NCBI RefSeq assembly: GCF_964204865.1 | Contig: NC_135264.1 | Location: forward strand, 10,726,001 to 10,790,000 | Direction: 5' to 3' | Source: Styela clava | Lineage: Eukaryota | DNA length: 64,000 bases | In this document: positions 53,762 to 64,000 of the stretch, piece after piece | Numbering within the stretch: the first letter of the stretch is position 1 | Layout of the letters: each line of letters opens with the position of its first letter | Program-made: the position numbers and the translations under genes | The notes under the pieces: model-generated | Seen by the model: the letters and a program-made list of their open reading frames with translations, nothing else | Told to the model about the DNA's origin: nothing | Database searches by the model: none

Positions 53762-54963
53762 ATGAATGAAAAGTTAGCAGTTCGTAAGTTTCGTGAATAC
53801 TTACAGATCAAAACAGTGCATCCGAATCCGGATTATGCATCCGCAGTTTCGTTCTTGGATGATTACGCGAAAGAACTTGGCATTGACGCAAAGCATGTGA
53901 AGATTGACAAGGACCGAGAGGTTGTGGTTATGACAATACCAGGTCGAAATCCCAACTTGCCGTCGATTTTACTTAATTCTCATATAGATGTTGTTCCGGT
54001 GTTTGAAGACGACTGGAAATTTGATCCATGGGAAGCTCATAAGGACGAAAAAGGAAATATATATGGTAGAGGCTCCCAGGATATGAAATGCGTCGGCATA
54101 CAGTACCTGGAAGCATTGAAGATATTGACGAAAACTAAAAAAGAAACACATTTGAACGTACGATTCATCTCACATTTGTTCCTGATGAGGAAATCAATAA
54201 TGGCGACAAGGGGATGAAGCTTTTTTTAGACACACCTGTTTTCAGTGCCATGAACGTAGGCCTGGCTTTGGACGAAGGGATTGCTAATTCGGATAATAAT
54301 TATTCTGTTTTCTATGGTGAAAGATTGATGTGGGTGGTGCACATCAAGTGCAAAGGAAATCCAGGTCATGGATCGCGATTTATACAAGGCACTGCTGCTG
54401 GAAAATAGCAAAATGTTATCGATAAATTTCAGGAATTCAGAACATCAGAAGAAAAGCGACTATGCAACAATTCTGGTCTAACATTAGGAGATGTTACTAC
54501 AGTTAACTTGACCATGATCAAAGGTGGAGTGCAACCGAATGTAGTACCTGAAGAATTTGTAGCCACTTTTGATATCAGGTTCCCGCCAACGATTGACTTG
54601 GAAGCGTTCGAAAGCAGAATATCCTCTTGGTGCAAAGACGCCGGAAATGACGTCACATTTGAGTTTGAATGTAAAGATACGTGTCAAGCAATTACAACTG
54701 CGGATCAAACAAATCCATGGTGGCGGGCTTTTACATTCGCTTTTCATAAAAGAAACCTGCACTATACAAAAGAAATTTTCTGTGCCGGTACTGATGGGCG
54801 ATTTCTTCGTGAACGAGGTTATCAAGTTATTGGATTCAGTCCAATGCGAAATACACCTATTCTTCTTCATGATAACAACGAGTTTTTGAACGAGAGTGTG
54901 TTTTTGGAAGGAATCGAGCTTTACTGCGACATAATTTCGGCCATTGCAAACTTGAAGTGTTAA
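53762..54963 (+). pseudogene. ACY1: Aminoacylase-1 copy 1 (intronless), with a frameshift and a nonsense codon
   Basis: M20A motifs NSHIDVVP, GRGSQDMK, PDEE, LDEG, GHGS, TDGRF and PILLHDNNE; apparent 2-nt (CA) insertion near 54148; TAG at 54406-54408 where copy 2 has TTG. Confidence 0.88.
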
Positions 54964-55309
54964 CTTACACATATATACCAAATATATACAGTGGTGTGAT
55001 TCAGGGTGTTTGCGCGAACCCGTTCTTGGAATGTCGTGATAATCAGTGAACCCGTTCTTGAGTGTTTTTGTTTTAGTTCGGTATTATTTTTTGAAATAAG
55101 GGAACCTGTTGTTAGCGAGTTCGATGCAAATCGGTTTTGTGGCGATATGAACGTTCAAACGCCACCAGATTGTCTCGTGAATGAGGGGTTTTTGTTCATT
55201 GTTATCTTCGATGTCCTCTAGCTCATTTCCATATGTTATTCAGAGTAAACTTGTTGCCAAACCCTAAATTTATCATTAAATTGAATTTTCACTGATTTAA
55301 CATAATCAC

Positions 55310-55404
55310 CAGCATGACCAATCGCTTCCATTGCGTATTCGACTTGGTAAAGCCGTCCCTCTGGAAAAAAATATCGTCTTTCGTGAATCGTATCTACGAG
55401 ACAT
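55310..55404 (-). pseudogene. PSMA4: Duplicated PSMA4 exon 1 (orphan pseudo-exon)
   Basis: Near-identical to 50547-50640 but 1 nt longer (A-run frameshift); donor changed GTGAGT>GTGATT; no duplicated downstream exons. Confidence 0.9.
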
Positions 55405-55946
55405 TTTTCAATCTATTAAATGCCCAGTTCTGTCTTAAAAATATTTCATATAATTCTAAATATTTCCCGCAACGTCGCAAATTGCTTTTAAATCAAAATT
55501 GAAGGGCAAAAAATGCCGAAAAACAACGCTACACTGTTACACTAAAGCTTATGCTCTGGAATCAGTAATAAATAGTTCGAATTTTTGATGACTACAAATA
55601 AGTAATCAATCAGCCAACACATTACCAAGCAAAATCATAACGTGCTCTGTTGTAGTATGAGCGTTCGCACCTCGATTGATCATAGTATGATAAAATTTCC
55701 ATATCTACTGGTATCTTGAGGGAGAGGAAAGTTGATTAAAATGACTTAATCTGATGGAAAACGGCCGTTAGCCCGTTTAAAAGTCTATGTCGGGTATGCG
55801 AATGAGTAATAGACTCTGAATGAATTTTATTGGGAGATACCGAAAAGTTGCCACTTAATTATGCAGTTTCGTTGCCCGGGCCAGATTTGTTTTGAAACAG
55901 TACTATAGTCTTTTAATCGTAAAGAACTTCGGCGAAGTGTTTAAAC

Positions 55947-56775
55947 CAGTTGATTGCCTAGAACCAGTTGCGTGTTTCACAACAGGAAGAATACGGTACT
56001 TTACATGCGCAAAATACAATATACACATACAGTATTTGAGTCTGGGCAATTCCGATAAGGTAACAAATACAAGCAAATGCAAAAGCAAGCCCGATTACGT
56101 GACAAATTCAAGTTTTACCTCTGACAAGGTTTAAAAATGAAGTGCCGAATATCGCATGTCTAGACTGACAAACGATCCTACAATAACTTCTGCAGTACGC
56201 GAAACTTATTGTCTCACTCCAAGAGTACTGTGATAAACTTTATTCGCAATGGTAGCTGTGGCATCAAAATGCCCAATTTGTTCTAAATCTAAGCAAGCGA
56301 AGAATCGCATTTGGAGGAAATTGTAAATTAGATACTGAAGTTTGAGCAGTCATGTAACATTCATGGTTTGAGAATATTTATATTTCGCTGTTTATATAAT
56401 ACATGAATACTTTGCAAAGTTTCTTAAAGAATTTTCAACACTTACGACTAAAAATTAGGCAGGCCCTGGATCTGAATTGTATGATATTAAATAAATCTGA
56501 ATTAAATGATGAAACATTTACTCCGGGTACAATTAAATAATTAAATCAACAACTTAAATGGAACATAAAAAAAAAAAAAAAATTTGGTGTCGATTTTAGT
56601 AATAATGTGCCCACAAAGCCTCCTTATTGACAGCGGTGGAATTTTTTGTATGCGTGTGTGCAGTTATCTGCACTTTCAGTGCTCATTCGTTTTTGTGTAT
56701 GACCTTATTACCGATCAGCCGATCGCGATATATTTTGAAGATTTTAGTCGATCGAAAGCAGGTTGGCCACCCCTG
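55947..56775. mobile_element. Probable hAT-type MITE specific to duplicate copy 2
   Basis: Right end GCAGGTTGGCCACCCCTG; flanks GTTTAAAC / GTTTATAT; absent from copy 1; left TIR degenerate. Confidence 0.5.
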
Positions 56776-57387
56776 GTTTATATGATTGAGATCTTGTGTT
56801 GCTGTCTGGTCTCTTGTTTTATTCTCAGCGTGGTTCTTGTTTTACGATTGTAATTTTTTTTGAGAGAAAAAAAACCTATTCTGATTAATACAGTAGGCCG
56901 GTAGAGTGTATGCTTACTTTTAAATTGAATATATTTTGATCATAATTCTCAACTATCGCTCAGTGTAAGATTATATAGCGCCCATTTCAAACTTGGGCTT
57001 TAATGTTCCTAATTATATAATCATTTAATTGGGATGGTTGCTTGTATAAAATCTCGCAGACGGCTATTGGTAAATGAACAAATGTGATCCCGAGGGATGA
57101 AATGTTTGTGTTTATTTGGGCGTAGCTGCAAACATTGTGCGTCCATAGCGGGAATAAGTGATTATAGTTTGCCGTAAAAGACTCTGTTCTTTAACTAAAT
57201 ATAGGCTACCGCTAAGACAGCAGGGGTTTCTAGGATAATATAGGCCCTATTAGGGTAATCAGATTGATGTTGAATATTGAAGCGGTGTTATTATGCCAGC
57301 TATGGTAGATATTACTTCACGTGCATTTGCATTACGGCCTAGAAATATACGAATTTGCACTTAGTAGTGCCATGATGGCGTGATCAT

Positions 57388-57440
57388 TAGTACGCTAGTA
57401 ATGTTTGCCTATCGGATAGGCAAACATTACTAGCGTACTA
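57388..57440. repeat. Perfect inverted repeat with 26-bp arms and a 1-nt spacer
   Basis: TAGTACGCTAGTAATGTTTGCCTATC-G-GATAGGCAAACATTACTAGCGTACTA. Confidence 0.95.
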
Positions 57441-57479
57441 TCGTATGCATATAACTGTTCAACTTTTGTACAGAATAAT

Positions 57480-58680
57480 ATGAATGAAAAGTTAGCAGTT
57501 CGTAAGTTTCGTGAATACTTACAGATCAAAACAGTGCATCCGAATCCGGATTATGCATCCGCAGTTTCGTTTTTGGATGATTACGCGGAAGAACTTGGCA
57601 TTGACGCAAAGCATGTAAAGATTGACAAGGACCGAGAGGTTGTGGTTATGACAATACCAGGTCGAAATAAAAAATTGCCGTCGATTTTACTTAATTCTCA
57701 TGTAGATGTTGTTCCGGTGTTTGAAGACGACTGGAAATTTGATCCATGGGAAGCTCATAAGGACGACAAAGGAAATATATATGGTAGAGGCGCTCAGGAC
57801 ATGAAATGTGTCGGCATACAGTACCTGGAAGCATTGAGAATATTGACGAAAACAAAAAAAACAAACATTTGAACGTACGATTCATCTCACATTTGTTCCT
57901 GATGAGGAAATCAATAATGGCGACATGGGAATGAAGCTTTTTCTAGACACACCTGAATTCAGTGTCATGAACGTAGGTCTGGCTTTGGACGAAGGGATTG
58001 CTAATTCGGATAATAATTATTCTGTTTTCTATGGTGAAAGATTGATGTGGGTGGTACACATCAAGTGCAAGGGAAGCCCAGGTCATGGATCGCGATTTAT
58101 ACAAGGCACTGCTGCTGAAAAATTGCAAAATGTCATCGATAATTTTCTGGCATTTAGAACTTCAGAGGAAAATCGACTAAGCAACAATCCTGGTCTAACA
58201 TTAGGAGATGTTACTACAGTTAACTTGACTATGATTAAAGGAGGAGTCCATCAGAATGTAGTGCCTGGAGAAATTGTAGCCACTTTCGATATCAGGCTTC
58301 CGCCAACGATTGATCTGAAAGCGTTGGAAGAAAAAATTGCCTCGTGGTGCAACGAAGCAGGAAACGACGTAACGTCTGAGTTTGAATGTAAAGATACCTG
58401 TCAAACAATCACAACTGCAGATCAAACAAACCCATGGTGGCGAGCTTTTACATTCGCCTTTCATGAAAGAAACCTTCAGTATACAAAAGAAATATTCTGT
58501 GGCTGTACTGATGGGCGATTTCTTCGTGAACGAGGTTATCAAGTTATTGGATTCAGTCCAATGCGAAATACACCTATTCTTCTTCATGATAACAATGAGT
58601 TTTTGAACGAGAGTGTGTTTTTGGAAGGAATCGAGCTTTACTGCGACATAATTTCGGCCATTGCGAACTTGAAGTGTTAA
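57480..58680 (+). CDS. ACY1: Aminoacylase-1 copy 2 (intronless), with one apparent frameshift in an A8 run (real or a sequencing error)
   Basis: All M20A motifs present; removing one A from 57854-57861 gives a continuous 399-aa ORF (...KTKKQTFERTIHLTFVPDEE...). Confidence 0.82.
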
Positions 58681-60007
58681 CTTACACATATATACCAAAT
58701 ATATATATACAGTTGGGTTTGCGCGAACCCGTTCTTGGAATGTCGTGATACTCAGTAAATCCGTTTTTGAGTGTTTTTATTATTTTTTTGAAACAAGGGA
58801 ACCTGTTGTTAGCAATTTCTCAATGCAAAAGAGACTGTTGTTAAACTTCACAAACCCCAGCATATATATATCATATTTTGAGCGTGTTTATTAAACATCA
58901 TTAGAGGTTTTTGTCAACCTATTATTGTTTTTCCTATGTATTTGTCCTTTGCGTTGTGTTTTTGTTAAAAACCTAATATATATAAATATATCCCCAGCGA
59001 CCACGTAAGCAATACTGCTATCATATATGATTGAAACTGGCGAACGTCTATCACGGACACAATTTCATCAGAGAAAAAGTTGAATGAACCACGAATGCAT
59101 ATGACGAAACGCGGAATTTCATAGGTTATTAGGATATATATGAGTATATCAAAATAACAATCATAAATTACCGTACGATCTATATCACTCACATTCATTG
59201 TTCATTATATTTAAATTGAAGTTGATATTTTGTTAGAAATGTTGAATGTTTTTGTATTCCCCCTGTATATTTTTACGCGCAAACTGTTTCTAGCTAGCCC
59301 ATGTTCGTAATTTTACATTTACATGTACATAATACATTTCAATTTCGTCTAGTTATATCAATATAGGCTGCTCAAGTTTATGCTTACAAAGATATAGTTA
59401 CAGTATTTATGTATCATTATTATTTTGACCTGTGTTAAACAAAAGAAATCGCATTGCCGAATTGCTTCATTTAATTGATTTTAGGCTCCTATATTTGAAT
59501 GAGTAAGATATTCATCAGTCATCAATTCTGAATGGCCGAAAATGAAGCATTGTACCACGAAGTTAGATATAACAATTCAAAAAGTCGAACATGCACTCAA
59601 AGAGAAATAAAACTTAAGTACAAATCATGTCAGTTATATTGTCAGCGTCCGGGCATTTCGAAGTGTTAGATAAGATAAATACTGTAACATATTTAAAGCT
59701 TCGCCCTGGTATAATAAAATGACAAAATACGAGATAGAAGTTCTGGAAAGTTGCTAAAGTTCTGAATATGCTTTATATACACCGCACTTTGTGACAAAGA
59801 ATATAAGCGAAAAGACACGATCAGATAGAGCTGTCAAATCGGGCGCTGGGCTAATGAGCAATGTGCAATACACGACTAATGTTGAACATTTGGAACACGA
59901 AAAAGCAATCTCAAAAGCAGTGCTCTTCATTTAAGTAAATGGATAGCGGTTTTCATATTTTTATAATTTGTAAATCTCTATAGTTTGTAATTTTGTATTT
60001 TGATAAA

Positions 60008-60101
60008 TGAAAATAAAATACATCCCCCGAAAATAAGCCCTAGTGGTATTTTTTGAAAAGAAATTGAAATAAGACACTGTTTTATTTTCGGGGAAACGCG
60101 G
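60008..60101. mobile_element. Possible Tc1/mariner/pogo-type MITE terminus
   Basis: CCCCGAAAATAAG ... TTATTTTCGGGGAAACGCGG followed by TA; partner end not found. Confidence 0.4.
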
Positions 60102-63031
60102 TACCTACTAGTAGTCGTTATATCGTGAATAAATATATATAATTTGGAAATCCGAATAAATTGAAACATATTGCGTGACTGTTACCATATATTTACATAT
60201 CAACACGTTACATGTCATGGTCGTAACCTGCTCTAAAATAAATGAATAAGTACGAAAAATACATCAATGTTATCTATTAAAAAGTACTGGTCCAATTATT
60301 TGGCCATTTTATTAGACATCGGTGTTAATAACTCATGCATCACGTTCATTTGCTTGGTGTTAGTCAGTTTTTAATTGTGTTTCGGAAATTTGGGTATGAA
60401 TTAAAAAAAGATTTGTCTTCCGAAGAGTTCGTTCATTTGCAGTAGTTAAATATAGTCCCGAAAATCTGCAATAGACTAAAATTATCTATCTGTACTCTGA
60501 ATCGTAGGTGGTTAAGGTTAAACCTGTTGAATTAAAATAGTATTCATGTCCTTTTCACATATACTGCGTGTTAAGGTGCCCGAGATAAATGTTATGTTTA
60601 TGTGGTTTTAGGCATTTGTTTATAACGGTTCACGTGTTCCATAGTGATGATACGTGTATATAAAATTATTTTCAACGCCTACTTTTCTAATTGCACTGCA
60701 ACGTTTGCGTTTTTATTTCATTTTTTTGTATATCCATGTTAAGTAGCCAAACGGCGTGCATTCCTTGTCCACGATATAATAATAGCGGAAAGATTGTAAA
60801 CATTTCTCCTGTTCTCGTATGTTTTCTCATTTCAATTTGATTTAAAAGTATTTTTAAATTTAACGATTTAAATCGTGTTCACTCTTTTGCGCATTGTTTT
60901 TGTTCGTAAGTGGGCGCGCACTTGTACGTTTTTTTAAACTTTATTCATAGTTATGCTCGTCTTCCGGGTATCTCTGTGTTTTGTCTGTTTGTTCCCTTTT
61001 TGTGTTGTTTTGATTTATGTCAGAATACCGAAATAAAATGATTGGTTGATTTTATTTTTGTTCGTCTGTTTTTGATATTTTAAAAATCTGGCATCATGAA
61101 TTGAAATTTGTGAAGCTATTATTACGTCATAATTTTGTTACTATGTAATTACTTCGTCACGTAGTAACTGCAAAAAAAATTTAAAGTGTCGAAATACTTT
61201 TATTTTACGTTTTTTTTCACCCAGGTTGCTGATTTAGGCTAGTGGAAATTCGCAATTTATAGATATTGCTAATCTGTACGAAAAAGTGGGTTATACAGCG
61301 GATGGTAAGTTGTGATAACCGGCATATATATTAGATTAGTGCAGTATCAGTCCTCCCGTAACTAGGCTATAACATTAATGGCACGGCAATCAAGTGATCG
61401 CAGTTTGCCGTTTTCTTGTTTGTTTAGTTCTGTCACGTCTTGGGCTATATTTTTGCTCACCCATTTTGCTTTTACTAACCGGCGCTATTCTAACCGCTTT
61501 AAAAAAGACTGAAAAATGAACCTAATGATGACTGGCAGGCAGTGGGCTTCATTCAGTTGCAACAATGGTAGACGATCTGTTAGTGTTACGGGTGTTTTGC
61601 GAGGTCGTTCGTGAAAATTCGATATTAATGTTGGAGGCATTGGAACGGATACAATGGTTTTAAATTGAACTAATCGAAAACGACAAAAGAGCCCGATACC
61701 CCAATCTATGTTTGTGCATAAGGTGTTATGAAACATTCAATCTATTTACAGAGCTCGTTTTTTTAGTATCAATTTTTTGTCACTATGTTTTTTTTGCAAT
61801 GAAATTGAACTACAGCATCACCATTTTACGTCAACGAGTGTTTTTTATTCCATATTTTTGTAGGAAAAGCACTGTTGTGATACACATACCATAGCCATGC
61901 ATTCCATTCTATCGAAATGTATTGTGTCCTATCAAAGTGTATTTATTAGGATTGGGACCTACCGAGTGTTTATGTTACACGCGAACGATACCCGTTCGTG
62001 TCTTTTTGTATGTATATATGTTTGTGTGTTGAATGTGGGTAAACTGGCGTATGTATATTTACATGTATTAAACCTCTATAAAGGTTTGGCCAGTTTCCCC
62101 GATTATCCCAATATTCTGTGTGTTCATTGTTTGTGTTTTGTGTATGATTTTACTGCGGGAAAATCAAAATATACATATAATCGGAATGAAGGGTTGGAGA
62201 CTGAAATATGTTGGACAATCCTTGTTATTTACTTTTGCTTCCGTGCGCAGTTCTCACTGCATCCATATTTTAATTACTTTTTCTAATATCTGTATCGGTC
62301 CGTGTTTTTTTAAAATTAATTGAATGATAATCTAAATAACTTACGCCCTGATATCAAAACATGCCGTATTTTATCGCGCCATGCCCCGCGGACCACACAG
62401 CACTAATGAGACTTATAGATGTCACACGTGATGCTTGGCACGGCAGCGGGAGATCGTTTTCCTTCGCGCAGTCTTGGTGCAGGGAAGGAAGGATTTTCAT
62501 ATTTTCCTGGTGGAGAATAGATGAGCAGTCCTCTTGTCCAATTACCAGTACTAATCGATGTCGGGTTATATAAATTGAATAGGTAAATAGCAATTCGTTC
62601 CAGCTGCATGGTAGGCTACTGTGGTGGGGTGGCTGCAAAGACATGAAGATTTTTTTATTTCTGTTCCGTGGTCAGGTGATGAATACCGTACTGGAAAATG
62701 TGAGCAGAACAGGTTAATGGGTTACGTACCATAAGTACAGTTACCGTATACGATTATATGTCGAGCTTGAATACAAATACTTGAATGCAAATTTCGGAAT
62801 TTGTTGTGTGTCAACTTATCATTCAGTCATTATTACCGGTATTATCATCTTTAATACGGTACGGTACCGGTACCAATTTATTGCCTTCGATTTGTTTTTT
62901 TATATTTGTTTAAATGCCAATTTTCAGTTTCGATTTTCTGATTTCTGTATTTGGCTAAATATATGCTCCTAAATCTACTGGCTAGATTTATTAAATCGCA
63001 CAAAGTTTCATCTCTTTTTAATATCAATAAA

Positions 63032-64000
63032 ATGTCAATGTATGATGGCCCTATTGTGGTCGTTTTGGGTGCCACTGGAGCTGGAAAGTCAAAACTTGCT
63101 TTAGATATTGCTAGCAGGGTAAATGGAGAAATTATTAACGCAGACTCAATGCAAGTTTACAAAGGTTTGGACATTGTTACTAATAAAGTTACACCGGAAG
63201 AACTAAAAATATGTGAGCATCATTTAATTGGGTTTCTATCACCTCTGCAAGAATACACAGTAATTGATTTTCAAAGACAAGCTCTAAAAGCAATAGAAAA
63301 AATACAATGTCGCAGAAAATTACCAATAATATGTGGTGGTACAAACTATTACATTGAAGCAATTCTGTGGAAGTTTTTGACTCCGACAAATAAGGAACAA
63401 TTAAGAATTGATGACACTTCAGTGCGGCAAGTTGATGATAATTCTAAAAAGGAATTAGAGGTTCTTTCATCAACGGAATTATATGAAATTCTAGATAAAG
63501 TTGATCCAAAAAGAGCTTTATCACTTCACCCACACGATCGCCGAAAAATTATCCGATCTATCGAAGTTTATCGACAATCTGGACAAAAGCACAGTGATAT
63601 TTTAAAACTACAGACTGGCGATCAACGAATCGGTGGGCCACTACTTTTTAAAAACGCTTGTTTAATATATGTTGATTGTGATAGAGAAATACTGAATGAA
63701 AGAATAAATAAAAGAGTGGATAAAATGGTAGAAACGGGATTAATTGACGAACTGAAACTTTTTCATGAGGATTATAATAAAGACCGCCTGCAAAGTGGTT
63801 TACAAGCCGACTATGAGCGTGGAATATTTCAAAGTATTGGTTTTAAAGAATTTCATGATTATTTAACAAAAGAAGTTTCTGATAATAATGAAAGAAATGT
63901 TTTATTAAATGAATCAATTGAACGAATGAAAATATCGACTCGACAATATGCAAAATATCAGAGAAAATGGATAAGAAATCGAATAGTGAACAGAGAAAAT
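63032..64000 (+). CDS. TRIT1: tRNA dimethylallyltransferase (MiaA/Mod5 family), runs off the window end, no introns seen
   Basis: MSMYDGPIVVVLGATGAGKSKLA (P-loop), EIINADSMQVYKGLDIVTNK, PIICGGTNYY, LHPHDRRKIIRS, GIFQSIGFKEF, STRQYAKYQRKWIRNR; missing from the ORF track because there is no stop within the window. Confidence 0.95.
   Translation, partial: MSMYDGPIVVVLGATGAGKSKLALDIASRVNGEIINADSMQVYKGLDIVTNKVTPEELKICEHHLIGFLSPLQEYTVIDFQRQALKAIEKIQCRRKLPIICGGTNYYIEAILWKFLTPTNKEQLRIDDTSVRQVDDNSKKELEVLSSTELYEILDKVDPKRALSLHPHDRRKIIRSIEVYRQSGQKHSDILKLQTGDQRIGGPLLFKNACLIYVDCDREILNERINKRVDKMVETGLIDELKLFHEDYNKDRLQSGLQADYERGIFQSIGFKEFHDYLTKEVSDNNERNVLLNESIERMKISTRQYAKYQRKWIRNRIVNREN

Larger units (their letters stand above)
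55267..58813. repeat. Tandem segmental duplication of about 50503-55116
   Basis: Collinear homology covering PSMA4 exon 1, the intergenic region, ACY1 and its 3' flank (to GGAACCTGTTGTTAGC); the two copies differ by TE insertions. Confidence 0.9.

Noticed and set aside
62345-62644. GC-richer stretch with minus-strand ORFs and a GTAAGT donor, plus ATG-G|GTGAG near 61461
   Set aside because: No recognisable protein, and no consistent downstream exons could be joined

Overview
AT-rich eukaryotic (animal, invertebrate-like) genomic DNA with GT-AG introns. From left to right: (1) a tandem array of six intronless class I SAM methyltransferase copies on the minus strand (3 intact, 2 with single nonsense codons, 1 truncated), interleaved with a 1.3 kb hAT-type MITE. 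(2) A 12-exon DEPTOR-like gene (DEP-DEP-PDZ, about 502 aa, plus strand). Its 14.7 kb intron 5 hosts an antisense intronless gene for a secreted acidic protein built from ESGSG-P(T/P)DQ repeats, a candidate proteoglycan core. (3) A defective hAT transposon. (4) A 5-exon PSMA4 gene on the minus strand. (5) A tandem segmental duplication carrying PSMA4 exon 1, the intergenic region and an intronless ACY1. Both ACY1 copies are frameshifted at the same spot, and copy 2 has a perfect 26-bp inverted repeat just upstream. (6) The 5' part of an intronless TRIT1 running off the window. Several MITEs are present, some nested. All calls come from reading the sequence by eye; no database searches were run.
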